Shown: positions 33,282 through 43,907, numbered from the stretch's first letter. The stretch is 64,000 bases of DNA from an uncultured Alphaproteobacteria bacterium (GCA_902526175.1 CABZJY010000002.1:122372-186371); one strand, 5' to 3'. Numbers and translations are program-made. Notes: generated by a model from the letters alone, not told the origin.

Positions 33282-33857
33282 ATGTTCAGATTTCTAATTT
33301 ATTTTCTAATTTTATCTTTACCAACTTTAAATGTTTATTCACAAGAGAAAAAAAATGCTGATGAAAAGAAAAAAATAATTTCAGAGTATACAAAAGTAGG
33401 AGTTGTTGACATGCGAAAAATTTTGAATGAGTCTACGGCCTATCAAGGTGTGGTTGAACAATTTGAAGATATCAGAAGAAAACAAAGAAATAGAATGACT
33501 AAAAAAGAGGATGAACTTAGAGATGAAGAAAATAATTTATTCAAGCAAAAAAATATAATATCTAAAGAAGCTTATTCAAAAAAATTAAAAGATTTGACAA
33601 ATAAAGTTAATTTATTGAAGAAAGAAACAAATGATGAAATAAAAAAGTATGAAATTTCATTTGAAAAAGCAACTATGAAAATACAATCAAGTTTAGTTGA
33701 TGTTTTAGCGAAAATTGCAAATGACAAACAACTAGATCTCGTTTTGGCAAAAGATCAGGTTCTGCTTGTTGGAAAGGACATTGACTTGACTGATGAATCA
33801 ATTGGAAAATTAAATGAAATACTTCCTAAATTAAAGTTTGACACTCCAACACAATAA
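33282..33857 (+). CDS. skp: Periplasmic chaperone Skp/OmpH
   Basis: 191 aa with a signal peptide and a Lys/Glu-rich coiled coil, positioned between bamA and lpxD. RBS AGGAG upstream. Confidence 0.75.
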   Translation: MFRFLIYFLILSLPTLNVYSQEKKNADEKKKIISEYTKVGVVDMRKILNESTAYQGVVEQFEDIRRKQRNRMTKKEDELRDEENNLFKQKNIISKEAYSKKLKDLTNKVNLLKKETNDEIKKYEISFEKATMKIQSSLVDVLAKIANDKQLDLVLAKDQVLLVGKDIDLTDESIGKLNEILPKLKFDTPTQ

Positions 33858-33867
33858 AGGATAAATT

Positions 33868-34866
33868 TTGCCAGACCAGATTTTTTATAAAAACCAAGGA
33901 CCCTTTAGTTTGTCTGATATATCAGAACACTTTAAGTGTGAAATCGTCGGTGATAGCAAAAAAATTATTCATGATATATCTACTCTTTCTGAAGCAACAA
34001 ATTCAGATATTTCATTTCTTAGCAATAAGAGATATGTTGAACAATTTAAACAATCCAAGGCAGGTGTAATAATTGTTGAAAAAAAATTTGTTGATAATAA
34101 CAAATCAAGGCAGTACGTCATATCTGATAATCCTTATTTTTTGTTTGCGCAAATTGTTCGAAAATTTTATCCCGAATCAATCGCTCAAAATAATTATTTC
34201 TTAGAAGATGATTTTAAAATTGAAAGTAAAAGTAGTAAATTTTCATATAGATCTTTTGTGCATAAAACAGCCAAAATTGGTCATAATACACAAATTGGGG
34301 TTAATACTTTTATTGGGCCAGGAGTTGAGATAGGTGAAAACTGTAATATATCTGATAATGTAAGTATTTTTTTTTCTAAAATCATGAATTCATGCACTAT
34401 TTTTTCTGGATCAAGAATTGGAGGAGAAGGTTTTGGTTTTGCCATCAAAGAAAATAGATTTTTAAAAATTCCTCAAGTTGGTCGTGTAATACTTCATGAT
34501 GGAGTACAGATAGGGTGTAATGTAACTATTGATAGAGGTTCCGCTGGTGATACAGTGATAAAAAAAAATTGTATGATTGATAACTTAGTACAGATTGGTC
34601 ACAATGTTAACATCGGAGAAAATTGTGTAATTGCTGCTATGGTCGGTATATCAGGAAGCACTAAAATTGGAAATAATGTTCTTATTGGAGGAAAAGTTGG
34701 TTTCAGTGGACACCTAAATATTGGAAATAATGTTAAAATAGCTGCTGGAAGTGGAGTTATAAAAGATATAAAAGATAATGAATCTGTAGGTGGGTATCCT
34801 GCACAACCAATATTTGAGTGGCATAGATCGACCATAAATCTAAAAAAGTTAAAGAAAAGTGTTTGA
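33868..34866 (+). CDS. lpxD: UDP-3-O-acylglucosamine N-acyltransferase
   Basis: Left-handed beta-helix hexapeptide repeats (IGHNVNIGENCVIAAMVGISGSTKIGNNV), 332 aa, in the bamA-skp-lpxD-fabZ-lpxA context. Confidence 0.9.
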   Translation: MPDQIFYKNQGPFSLSDISEHFKCEIVGDSKKIIHDISTLSEATNSDISFLSNKRYVEQFKQSKAGVIIVEKKFVDNNKSRQYVISDNPYFLFAQIVRKFYPESIAQNNYFLEDDFKIESKSSKFSYRSFVHKTAKIGHNTQIGVNTFIGPGVEIGENCNISDNVSIFFSKIMNSCTIFSGSRIGGEGFGFAIKENRFLKIPQVGRVILHDGVQIGCNVTIDRGSAGDTVIKKNCMIDNLVQIGHNVNIGENCVIAAMVGISGSTKIGNNVLIGGKVGFSGHLNIGNNVKIAAGSGVIKDIKDNESVGGYPAQPIFEWHRSTINLKKLKKSV

Positions 34867-35323
34867 AAAAAATAAAATTACAATTGAAGAAATAAAAAAA
34901 CTTATTCCGCATAAGTATCCATTCTTATTAATTGATAAATTGGAGGATATAAATCCATTTAAATCTGCTACAGGAATAAAAAATGTAACCTTTAACGAAT
35001 ATTTCTTTCAAGGACATTTTGAGAATATGTCAGTTATGCCTGGAGCGTTAATCATAGAATCTATGGCTCAGTCAGCTGGTGCCCTAGTGATGTTTAGTCT
35101 AAAAAAAACACATGAAAAATTTTCTGTTTTTTTGATGTCTGTTGATAAAGCAAAATTTAGAGTTCCAGTTCGTCCAGGGGATGTTTTGAAAATGAAAGTT
35201 TTAAAAAAAAATAATATAAGAAATATATGGAAATTTGAGTGTAAATGTTTTGTGGAAGATAAACTTGTTGCGCAAGCAGAAATAGCTGCCTTACTGTCTG
35301 ATCAAACTGATAATGAGGAATGA
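34859..35323 (+). CDS. fabZ: 3-hydroxyacyl-ACP dehydratase FabZ
   Basis: Sequence LIPHKYPFLLIDKL...FFQGHF...MPGALIIESMAQ, the hot-dog fold. GTG start overlapping the lpxD stop. Confidence 0.9.
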   Translation: MFEKNKITIEEIKKLIPHKYPFLLIDKLEDINPFKSATGIKNVTFNEYFFQGHFENMSVMPGALIIESMAQSAGALVMFSLKKTHEKFSVFLMSVDKAKFRVPVRPGDVLKMKVLKKNNIRNIWKFECKCFVEDKLVAQAEIAALLSDQTDNEE

Positions 35324-35381
35324 AATATTCTGAAATTTAATGTTATTAGAATTAAGCAAATAAAACCTTATAATCTAAAAT

Positions 35382-36161
35382 ATGATTCATAAAAATTCAC
35401 TTGTAGATCCCGGTGCTGTATTAGGCGAAAACGTAAAAATAGGCCCTTTCTCAATTATTGGAAAAAATGTCAAATTAGGTAATAACGTTAATATAATGAA
35501 TAATGTAGTGATAGATGGTAATACAGAAATTGAAAATAATGTGACAATTTTTCCCTATGCATCTATCGGTTTAATTCCTCAAGATTTAAAATTTAAGGGA
35601 GAAAATTCAAGGCTTTATATAGGAAAAAATTGCATAATAAGAGAATATGTGACAATTAACACAGGTACGGAGGGGGGAGGTATGCTTACAAGGGTAGATG
35701 AAAGCTGTCTTTTGATGGTCGGAACGCATATAGCACATGATTGTCACGTTGGAAGTAAAGTTATCTTTGCTAATAATGCAACACTTGCAGGTCATGTATC
35801 TATAGGAAATGAAGCAATTATCGGTGGATTAAGTGCAATACATCAGTTTGTCAGAGTGGGTGAAGGTGCAATAATTGGAGGTATGTCAGGTGTCACATCT
35901 GACGTGATTCCTTATGGTTCAGTTATGGGGAATAGGGCAAAATTGAGTGGTTTAAATCTCATAGGGCTCAAAAGAAAAAAAATTGATAAAGTAGAAATTA
36001 ATGCAATGAGAAAACTCTATAAAAGTATTTTTGGAAAAAATGGATTAAATTTTAAAGATAGAATTAGCAATTTAGATAAAGAATTTAATAATTTTTCTCT
36101 TTGTAAAAAGATTATTAGTTTTTTAAAAGAGAGCAATACAAGAGCAATTTGCCACCCATGA
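35382..36161 (+). CDS. lpxA: Acyl-ACP--UDP-N-acetylglucosamine O-acyltransferase
   Basis: Hexapeptide-repeat LbH protein of 259 aa with the LpxA C-terminal helical domain. Confidence 0.9.
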   Translation: MIHKNSLVDPGAVLGENVKIGPFSIIGKNVKLGNNVNIMNNVVIDGNTEIENNVTIFPYASIGLIPQDLKFKGENSRLYIGKNCIIREYVTINTGTEGGGMLTRVDESCLLMVGTHIAHDCHVGSKVIFANNATLAGHVSIGNEAIIGGLSAIHQFVRVGEGAIIGGMSGVTSDVIPYGSVMGNRAKLSGLNLIGLKRKKIDKVEINAMRKLYKSIFGKNGLNFKDRISNLDKEFNNFSLCKKIISFLKESNTRAICHP

Positions 36162-36976
36162 ATAATAAAGTCATTGTTATTGCTGGAAGAGGCAACTTAC
36201 CCAAAGTTTTAATTAATGAAATGATTAAAAAAAATCTAGATATTCACATTTTGTTTATTAAAGGAAATGAAACCAAAAATAATCTTTTAAATCACTCACA
36301 TACAATTACATCATACGGCAGTATAATTACAAAACTATTAAACCTAAAGAAAAATGGATTTAAAAAAATAATTTTTGCTGGATCATTACAAAAACCAACC
36401 TTTAAACAAATAAGGCCCGACTTTAATATGATCAAATTTTTACCACGACTCTCCAAAATTTTTCTTCAAGGTGGAGACGATAGATTATTAAGTTTTTTGA
36501 TTAAAGAATTAGAATCCATGAAATTTGAAATTTTAAATATTAAAGAATACTTATCAAATTATTTTCCATCTCATGGATGCATTACTAAAGTTAGACCCAC
36601 AAAAACAGCGTCATCCGATATTAATATTGGTAAAAAAATACTTGACAATCTATCCCCAATGGATGTCGGTCAAGCAATTATTGTTCAACAAGGTGATGTT
36701 CTTGGTATTGAGGCAGTAGAAGGAACAGATAACTTAATTAAAAGAACAAAAAAATTTATTAAAAATGGTGAAAGACCTACTCTAATTAAATTGTTGAAAA
36801 AAAAACAAGATTTAAGAGCAGATCTTCCTACAATTGGTCTAAATACAATTAAATTATGTAAAAAAAATTTTATTGGCGGTATAGCATTTTCAGCAAATTA
36901 TACTTTGTTTTTAGACTTTAAGAAAATTATTGCAGAATTGAGAAAAGGAAATTTTTTTTTATATGGTATTAAATAA
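36149..36976 (+). CDS. lpxI: UDP-2,3-diacylglucosamine hydrolase LpxI (DUF1009)
   Basis: 275 aa starting MNNKVIVIAGRGNLP, a DUF1009-like sequence. Its lpxA-lpxI-lpxB position is the alphaproteobacterial replacement for lpxH. Confidence 0.7.
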   Translation: MPPMNNKVIVIAGRGNLPKVLINEMIKKNLDIHILFIKGNETKNNLLNHSHTITSYGSIITKLLNLKKNGFKKIIFAGSLQKPTFKQIRPDFNMIKFLPRLSKIFLQGGDDRLLSFLIKELESMKFEILNIKEYLSNYFPSHGCITKVRPTKTASSDINIGKKILDNLSPMDVGQAIIVQQGDVLGIEAVEGTDNLIKRTKKFIKNGERPTLIKLLKKKQDLRADLPTIGLNTIKLCKKNFIGGIAFSANYTLFLDFKKIIAELRKGNFFLYGIK

Positions 36977-38078
36977 AAAAAAAATATTTTTAATTAGCAC
37001 AGAGCCATCAGGAGATTTATTAGGTTATGATCTAATTCTGCAAATATATAAACGTTTTCAGAATATTGAAATAATAGGTATTGGTGGTGAAAAAATGAAT
37101 GAACTTAATTTTAAGTCATTTTTTTCAACAGATGGTATGAATGTTAACGGAATAGTAGAAGTTTTATTAAAATTAAAAAAATTTATTAAATGTTTAAATA
37201 GAGTAAAACAATTAATTATTCAAACAAAACCAGATTTAGTTATTACTATTGATTCTCCAAGTTTTAATTATAGAATTGTCAAGAAACTTCAATTTTTAAG
37301 ACCAAAAACTAAATTTGTACACTTGGTTGCACCTACAGTGTGGGCATGGAAAAAGTTTAGAGCAAAAGGTTTTGCTGTAAATTATGATTTGATTTTAACT
37401 TTATTTGATTTTGAACCAAGGTATTTTAAAAAGTATAATAAAAATACTTTTTGTATTGGTCACCCGATATTCTATAAAAAAAAAATAATTTCAAATAATA
37501 TTAAGAATACAATAACTTTTTTTCCAGGTTCGAGAGAAAATGAAATTGATTATATTTTACCTAAAATGATTTTGATTTATCAAAAACTTAGTTTTAAATT
37601 CAAAGATTTAAATTTCGCATTGGTAACATTACCAAGGCTCAAAAGGAAAATATTAAACAAAATTGGAAATAATAAAATTAATGTAGTTACATCAAATGCC
37701 AGTAAAATTAGGATTTTAAAAGATACAAAATTAGCTATAGCTGCATCTGGTACAGTAATTCTTGAGTTATCAAGAAATTTAATTCCTGTAATTGTTGTTT
37801 ATGACTCTAATTTTATCACATCAATATTTGTGAAATATCTAGTAAAATTAAAATGGGCTAATTTAGTAAATATAATATTAAATAAAAATACGATACCTGA
37901 GTATCTTTTTTCTAATTACAAAGTTGAAAAAGTTGTAAATAACGTCGAATTAATTGTAAAACAAAAAGAACTATACGAAAATCAAATTTACGATTTTTTA
38001 AAGCTAAAAAGTAAAATGTTAATAAAAAGAAAAAATCCTATGGATTTAGCATTAGACTATATTAAAAATAGATTATGA
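36963..38078 (+). CDS. lpxB: Lipid-A-disaccharide synthase
   Basis: GT-B glycosyltransferase, 371 aa, with the LpxB-type N-terminus ([15 protein letters not shown]). Confidence 0.88.
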   Translation: MVLNKKKIFLISTEPSGDLLGYDLILQIYKRFQNIEIIGIGGEKMNELNFKSFFSTDGMNVNGIVEVLLKLKKFIKCLNRVKQLIIQTKPDLVITIDSPSFNYRIVKKLQFLRPKTKFVHLVAPTVWAWKKFRAKGFAVNYDLILTLFDFEPRYFKKYNKNTFCIGHPIFYKKKIISNNIKNTITFFPGSRENEIDYILPKMILIYQKLSFKFKDLNFALVTLPRLKRKILNKIGNNKINVVTSNASKIRILKDTKLAIAASGTVILELSRNLIPVIVVYDSNFITSIFVKYLVKLKWANLVNIILNKNTIPEYLFSNYKVEKVVNNVELIVKQKELYENQIYDFLKLKSKMLIKRKNPMDLALDYIKNRL

Positions 38079-39413
38079 AATTTCATTTGGAAACATCTGC
38101 TTATTTTTACGCATAGATCTCTCACTTATTTTTTTAAATACTCTTTTTTTTTCACCAATGTATAGTTGACGTGGCCGGCTAATTTGAGTTTTATTAATAT
38201 CATCTGTCATTTCTTTCCACTGAGATATCCATCCTATTGTTCTAGATACTGCAAAAATTACTGTAAACATAGATTCTGGAAGACCAAGTGCCTTTAAAAT
38301 TATTCCTGAATAAAAATCTACATTTGGGTACAACTTTTTTTCAATAAAGTATTTATCATTCAATGCAATATCTTCAAGTTTGGTTGCTAGTTTTAACAAT
38401 GGGAAGTTTTCTGGATTGAGCTCTTTTAAAAGATTATGACAATATTTTCTTATAACAGAAGCCCTTGGATCATAGTTTTTGTAAACCCTGTGACCAAAAC
38501 CCATAAGTCTAAATGGATCATTTTTATCTTTTGCTCTTTTTATAAATGAAGCAATATTTTTTTCATTCTTTATTTCATATAACATTCTAATAACAGATTC
38601 ATTTGCACCACCATGCGCTGGTCCCCACAAAGATGCAACTCCAGCTGCAATACATGCAAAAGGATTTGCACCAGAAGAACCAGCCATTTTTACTGTAGAT
38701 GTAGATGCATTTTGTTCATGATCAGCATGAAGAATTAGGAGCTTATCTAAAGCGTCTGTTTGTGCTTTTGTAGGTTTAAAATTACCACATGGTGTTGAGA
38801 AAAGCATATGCAGGAAATTCTCGCTATAATTAAGATTGTTATTTGGGTATATAAAAGGTTGTCCAAGAGAGTATTTATATGCTATTGCAGCAATAGTTGG
38901 CATTTTTGCCAAAAGTCGGCTTACAGCCACCCACTTACCTTCGATAGATGAAAAGTCATGTGTTTTCTCAGAATAAAAAGAAGATAGTGCGCCTACTATT
39001 CCAACCATAATAGCCATGGGATGTGAATCTCTTCTAAAACCACTGTAGAATCTTTGAATCTGCTCATGTAACATAGTATGATGAGTCAAAATATCATTAA
39101 ACTTTTTTTTTTGTTCTTTGTTAGGTAACTCTCCATTGAGAAGTAAAAAACAAACTTCAGGATAATCAGAATACTTAGCTAAATCTTCAATACTATAGCC
39201 CCTATGTAAAAGTTTCCCTTTTTCGCCATCTATAAATGTAATAGCCGAATGACAGCTGGCAGTAGATTTAAATCCAGGATCATATACAAACATTCCAGTT
39301 TTTTCGTAGAAATTCGATAAATCTACAACAGATGGTCCGTTAGACCCTTTTATGACTGAAAAATCAAATTTTTTTCCACTATTATTATCTATTATCGTAA
39401 TTTTTTTTTTCAT
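38073..39413 (-). CDS. gltA: Citrate synthase
   Basis: Sequence [14 protein letters not shown]...[14 protein letters not shown]..., the catalytic His/Asp motifs of type II citrate synthase; 446 aa. Confidence 0.92.
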   Translation of the reverse strand: MKKKITIIDNNSGKKFDFSVIKGSNGPSVVDLSNFYEKTGMFVYDPGFKSTASCHSAITFIDGEKGKLLHRGYSIEDLAKYSDYPEVCFLLLNGELPNKEQKKKFNDILTHHTMLHEQIQRFYSGFRRDSHPMAIMVGIVGALSSFYSEKTHDFSSIEGKWVAVSRLLAKMPTIAAIAYKYSLGQPFIYPNNNLNYSENFLHMLFSTPCGNFKPTKAQTDALDKLLILHADHEQNASTSTVKMAGSSGANPFACIAAGVASLWGPAHGGANESVIRMLYEIKNEKNIASFIKRAKDKNDPFRLMGFGHRVYKNYDPRASVIRKYCHNLLKELNPENFPLLKLATKLEDIALNDKYFIEKKLYPNVDFYSGIILKALGLPESMFTVIFAVSRTIGWISQWKEMTDDINKTQISRPRQLYIGEKKRVFKKISERSMRKNKQMFPNEIS

Positions 39414-39421
39414 TCGTTATC

Positions 39422-40789
39422 CTACCACAATTTCTCTAATCTATTTAATACTTCTTTCTTACCAAGAAGGGCCATAACATTATAAATCGATGGTGAATCT
39501 TTGGTCCCAGTCAAAATTAATCTCAATGGAATCCCTATCTCTTTAAAATTCAAATTGTTTGTTTTTATAAAATTTGTTAAACACTTTTTAACATTTTCTA
39601 AGTTCCAGTTTTTTACTTTTTCTAGATCATTAAGTAGTTTTTTATTTCCAATATTAATTTTTTGTATTTTTTGTTTTTCTTTATTTAGGTAATTTTGATT
39701 TTTTATTAAAAAATTTAATTGTCCATATAAATCGTTAACTGTTACTGACCGTTCAACATAATCGGGTAAAAACTTTAATAGGTTTTCATCAATACCATTA
39801 ATGAATTCTTGATTTTTTTCTGCTAGGAGTTTATTTAATTCACTATAGATTTTCTTTACAGAAAGTTCTTTAAGGTAATATTGATTTAAAAAATCAATTT
39901 TTTTTTTATCAATCTTTGATGGTGATTTGCCTACATCTTTTATATTAAAAACTTTTTTTGAAAAATCTAGATCTAGAATTTCTTTATTACCGTATGACCA
40001 CCCTAATCTCAACAAATAGTTTACTATAGCTTGACTTAAATAACCTTTTTGCTTGAAATCAATTAATGATGGAACATTGTCTCTTTTGGAGAGTTTTTCG
40101 CCTTTTTCATTTAATATTAAAGGAATGTGAGCGAAATTTGGTAAATTTGTTTCTGACATTTTGTACAAAAAAAATTGTCGAAAAGTGTTTGTTAAATGGT
40201 CATCACCACGTATTATATCAGTAACACCCATTGAGATGTCGTCAACAACAGACGCTAGTAAAAATGTTGGAGTTTGGTTACTTCTAACCAGTATGTAGTC
40301 ATCAACTTCGTTACTGTTAACTAATACCTTTCCTTGGACCAAATCATTTATTTTAATCTCGTAATTATCAGGTATTTTTAACCTTATTGTGAATTTTTTA
40401 TTCTTTGGATAATGTTTTTCATGCACATCACGCCACTTGCTTCTAAATTTTATATTTTTTTTTTTGAGTGTTTTAGATTGTTCATTGTCTTCAAAGCATT
40501 TATAGGCAATACCTTTAACAATCAATGATTCCGCAAAATTTAAATGATTGTTAATGTTTTCACTTTGAAATATGATTTTTCTATCAGCTTTTATATTAAG
40601 CCATTCTAGACCGTTTAATATTGATTTAATAGCTTCTCTTTTGTTTCTTTCAATATCTGTATCTTCTATTCTAACTCTAAAATCACCATTATTAGATTTA
40701 GCATACAAATAATTAAATAAAGCTGTTCTTGCACCTCCAAGATGTAGATCACCTGAAGGTGAGGGTGCAAACCTTGTTACAGTTTTCAT
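39422..40789 (-). CDS. gltX: Glutamate--tRNA ligase
   Basis: Sequence RFAPSPSGDLHLGGARTALFN (HIGH region) and KLSKR (KMSKS-like); 455 aa. Confidence 0.9.
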   Translation of the reverse strand: MKTVTRFAPSPSGDLHLGGARTALFNYLYAKSNNGDFRVRIEDTDIERNKREAIKSILNGLEWLNIKADRKIIFQSENINNHLNFAESLIVKGIAYKCFEDNEQSKTLKKKNIKFRSKWRDVHEKHYPKNKKFTIRLKIPDNYEIKINDLVQGKVLVNSNEVDDYILVRSNQTPTFLLASVVDDISMGVTDIIRGDDHLTNTFRQFFLYKMSETNLPNFAHIPLILNEKGEKLSKRDNVPSLIDFKQKGYLSQAIVNYLLRLGWSYGNKEILDLDFSKKVFNIKDVGKSPSKIDKKKIDFLNQYYLKELSVKKIYSELNKLLAEKNQEFINGIDENLLKFLPDYVERSVTVNDLYGQLNFLIKNQNYLNKEKQKIQKINIGNKKLLNDLEKVKNWNLENVKKCLTNFIKTNNLNFKEIGIPLRLILTGTKDSPSIYNVMALLGKKEVLNRLEKLW

Positions 40790-40790
40790 T

Positions 40791-41408
40791 TTAGAACTTT
40801 CTAATTAAGCCTGCTAAAATACCTTGTATTTTTACTCTCTCTGGACCAAAAATTCTAGTTTTATAAGATGAATTAGCTGGTTCCAATGCAATAGAATTTT
40901 TATTTGATCTAAATTTTTTCAATGTAACTTCATTATCATCTATTAAAGCAACCACTATATCCCCAGAAATTGCAGTCTCTTTTTTTTTAATAACAACTAT
41001 ATCTCCATCACAAATACCGTCATTTTTCATCGAATCTCCAGTAACTTCCAATGCAAAGTAATCACTATTACTGCTTAAAAGAAAATCAGGAACAGATATC
41101 TTTTCAAAACTACTTGATATTGCTTCTATTGGATTTCCTGCAGCAATTTTTCCTAAAAAAGGTATATATCCCTTTGTATTTTTTTTTGATTTTGTGTATG
41201 TTCCTTGGTTAATTTTTAAAGCCCTTGCTTTATGTGGTATTCTAGTGATAAAACCTCGCTCCTCAATCGAAGAAATAAGTTTATGAATCCCAGATTTCGA
41301 TTTTACACTCAGAGCACTTTTCATTTCTTCATATGTAGGAAATATTCCATAACTAGAAAAATATTCATTTATGAAGTCTAGTAATTTTTTTTGTTTAAGA
41401 GTAAGCAC
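40791..41408 (-). CDS. lexA: LexA repressor
   Basis: N-terminal winged HTH, catalytic Ser-Lys dyad region (GDSMKNDGI...VVIKK). GTG start. A GTTC-N7-GTTC box lies 9-23 nt upstream. Confidence 0.9.
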   Translation of the reverse strand: MLTLKQKKLLDFINEYFSSYGIFPTYEEMKSALSVKSKSGIHKLISSIEERGFITRIPHKARALKINQGTYTKSKKNTKGYIPFLGKIAAGNPIEAISSSFEKISVPDFLLSSNSDYFALEVTGDSMKNDGICDGDIVVIKKKETAISGDIVVALIDDNEVTLKKFRSNKNSIALEPANSSYKTRIFGPERVKIQGILAGLIRKF

Positions 41409-41416
41409 TGATAAAT

Positions 41417-41431
41417 GTTCTACATAAGTTC
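41417..41431 (-). promoter_or_regulatory. LexA operator (alphaproteobacterial SOS box GTTC-N7-GTTC / GAAC-N7-GAAC)
   Basis: Exact direct repeat GTTCtacataaGTTC on the plus strand, 9-23 nt upstream of the lexA GTG start (read as GAAC-N7-GAAC on the coding strand). Matches the established alphaproteobacterial LexA-binding consensus. Confidence 0.8.
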
Positions 41432-41447
41432 TTTTTAAAAGTCAATA

Positions 41448-42662
41448 TCATATATAATTTAAATTTAAACTATCAAATAGAAATACTTTATAAATTCTAT
41501 TCTTTAACACTTTTTCTGATGAATGTAAGATTATTATACCATCAGCTCTTGATAGTTCGCTGTTTAAAGAGCTATCTTGTTTTTCAATAGGTGAAAATGA
41601 CAAGTGGTTTTTTGTGCGAATTAATTTTATTCTTAAAAATAAAGTTAGTTTAGTATTGTTTACATAATTTCTTGTACTTTTTATTTCTTTTTCCACAAAT
41701 AAATTCTTCCTGTTTCCATAAAAACTATTAATTATTTCATTTACAAAAAATACTGATGTTACAAAACATGAAATTGGGTTTCCAGGTAGTCCAAGAAAAT
41801 AGGTTCCATTTTTAAAAGTACCAAATGTTGTTGGTTTACCTGGTTTTATAGCAACGCCTTGAAATAATATTTTCAAATTCATTTCTAAAAGTGATTCTTT
41901 AATTAAATCATATCTTCCTTTTGAAATTCCACCTGATGTTATTAATAAGTCATGACTATTTAGCTTTTTTACAGTTTTTTTTATATCTTCCTTTTTATCT
42001 TTTACATACTTAACTTCAACTAAATTTCCATTTAATAAATTTATAAATGTTTCTAGAACTTTTGAATTTGTTGATGGAATAAATCCTTTTGGATTATTTT
42101 TATTTAGTATTTCGTCACCGGAAATAATTACTGAAATATTTATTTTTTTAAAAACATCAATGTATTTTTGATTTGCTCTTAATGCTAAAAGTGTATCCCT
42201 TAAATTTAATATTTTATCTTTTGAAATTATTTTTTGCCCAATTTTTATATCACTTGATTTTTGTCTAATAAAATTCCTAGGTATAAAATCCTTTGAAATT
42301 TTAAAGATTTTTTTTTCAATAAATTTTAGTTCCTCAATAGGAATAACTAATTTTTTATTTTTGCCAGGAATTGGCGCTCCGGTAAATATAAACTTTGATT
42401 CATTTTTTTTTAGTTCTGTAGATTTTTTATCTCCAGCTTTTATTTCATCAACAATTTTGTATGTCTTATTTAAGCTGTAATCATTTTTATTTATTACAAC
42501 TCCATCCATAGCTGAATTATCAAATTCTGGATAATTATTTTTTGAAAAATAGTTTTTAAACGGAATTCTTGAGATTGAATTTTCAGTTTTTATCTTTTCA
42601 TATTTTTTATTTTTTTTTACATTCTTTTTTATAATTTCTAATGCTTTTGAGAAGCTAATCAT
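41448..42662 (-). CDS. moeA: Molybdopterin molybdotransferase MoeA
   Basis: Sequence GLPGNPISCFVT and a MoeA domain layout. The ORF opens at 42686; the Met at 42662 gives a typical N-terminus. Confidence 0.75.
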   Translation of the reverse strand: MISFSKALEIIKKNVKKNKKYEKIKTENSISRIPFKNYFSKNNYPEFDNSAMDGVVINKNDYSLNKTYKIVDEIKAGDKKSTELKKNESKFIFTGAPIPGKNKKLVIPIEELKFIEKKIFKISKDFIPRNFIRQKSSDIKIGQKIISKDKILNLRDTLLALRANQKYIDVFKKINISVIISGDEILNKNNPKGFIPSTNSKVLETFINLLNGNLVEVKYVKDKKEDIKKTVKKLNSHDLLITSGGISKGRYDLIKESLLEMNLKILFQGVAIKPGKPTTFGTFKNGTYFLGLPGNPISCFVTSVFFVNEIINSFYGNRKNLFVEKEIKSTRNYVNNTKLTLFLRIKLIRTKNHLSFSPIEKQDSSLNSELSRADGIIILHSSEKVLKNRIYKVFLFDSLNLNYI

Positions 42663-43131
42663 TTTTAAATTTCCCTGATTTTCCACCAGATTTAAATTTT
42701 AATTTTACATCTGTAACTATAATGCCTTTATCTAGCGATTTACACATATCATAAATTGTTAGAGCAGCATTAGTAACTGATACAAGCGCTTCCATCTCTA
42801 CACCGGTCTTACCTGAGCATTTACAATTCGATATTATTTTAATTTCATTTTTTTTTATATTAATATCAAAATCTACACTTATTTCGTCTAAATTTAATTT
42901 GTGACAAAGAGGAATTAATTCTGATGTTTTTTTAGCAGCTTGAATACCAGCTATTCTAGCAGTTGAAAAAATTTCCCCTTTTGTGTTTCCGTTATTAATT
43001 AATATATTGAATGTTTTTTTTGAAAATACTACTCTTGCTTCAGCTATTGCAATTCTTTTAGTTATTTTTTTTGAAGATATATCAACCATTTTAGCTTTAT
43101 TTTTTTCAATATGAGATAATTTGACAGTCAT
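42655..43131 (-). CDS. moaC: Cyclic pyranopterin monophosphate synthase MoaC
   Basis: Sequence SHIEKNKAKMVDISSKKITKRIA...GVEMEALVSVTNAALTIYDMCK, the MoaC fold; 158 aa. Confidence 0.85.
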   Translation of the reverse strand: MTVKLSHIEKNKAKMVDISSKKITKRIAIAEARVVFSKKTFNILINNGNTKGEIFSTARIAGIQAAKKTSELIPLCHKLNLDEISVDFDINIKKNEIKIISNCKCSGKTGVEMEALVSVTNAALTIYDMCKSLDKGIIVTDVKLKFKSGGKSGKFKND

Positions 43132-43907
43132 TTTTGTATTAAATTTTTTGTTGCATTAAAGATATTTCGTTGTTTCATTAAAAACTCACCTATTAAAAAA
43201 GCATCTGCACCTTCTTCACTTATTTTCTTAAGTTCAAAGTTTTCCGTAATACCGCTTTCACAAACTTTTATTATATTTTGGGGTATATATTTTGAAAGTT
43301 TTTTAAATAAATTAATATCTATTTCCAAGGTTTTAAGATTTCTATTATTGATACCTATACACCGAGCACCAATTCCAATTGCTCTTTGTAACTCTTCATA
43401 ATCATGAATTTCTGTTATTACATCCATGTCCAATTCATGTGCTAATTTTAAGAATTCTTTTGCTTTAGTATCATCTAAAATGGATAAAATTAGTAATATA
43501 CAATCTGCGCCATAATAAAAACTTTCATAAATTTGCCATTCATCTATTATGAAATCCTTCCTAAGTATTGGTATATTAATTTTTTCTTTAATATCTTGTA
43601 TAAAACTTATTTTTCCACCAAAGAAATTTTTTTCTGTTAATACTGATAAACACTTTGCTCCAGCTTTTTTGTAATTGAGTGCAATTTCTACATGATTAAA
43701 TTTTTGTCTTATGAGTCCAGCACTCGGAGATTTTCTTTTTATTTCTGCTATTAAATTATATCTTTCTTTATCTTTACTTCTTAGGACACTAAGAAAATTG
43801 CTTTTATTTTTTTTACGTTTTTTAGTAAAAAAATCTACACTTGACTTACATTTTAAAACTTCTAGTTCTTTCCTTTTTTCTATACAAATTTTTTTAAGAA
43901 CATTCAT
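43128..43907 (-). CDS. trpC: Indole-3-glycerol phosphate synthase
   Basis: TIM-barrel IGPS (LIAEIKRKSPSAG; IGINNRNL); 259 aa, in a trpE-G-D-C cluster. Confidence 0.88.
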   Translation of the reverse strand: MNVLKKICIEKRKELEVLKCKSSVDFFTKKRKKNKSNFLSVLRSKDKERYNLIAEIKRKSPSAGLIRQKFNHVEIALNYKKAGAKCLSVLTEKNFFGGKISFIQDIKEKINIPILRKDFIIDEWQIYESFYYGADCILLILSILDDTKAKEFLKLAHELDMDVITEIHDYEELQRAIGIGARCIGINNRNLKTLEIDINLFKKLSKYIPQNIIKVCESGITENFELKKISEEGADAFLIGEFLMKQRNIFNATKNLIQK

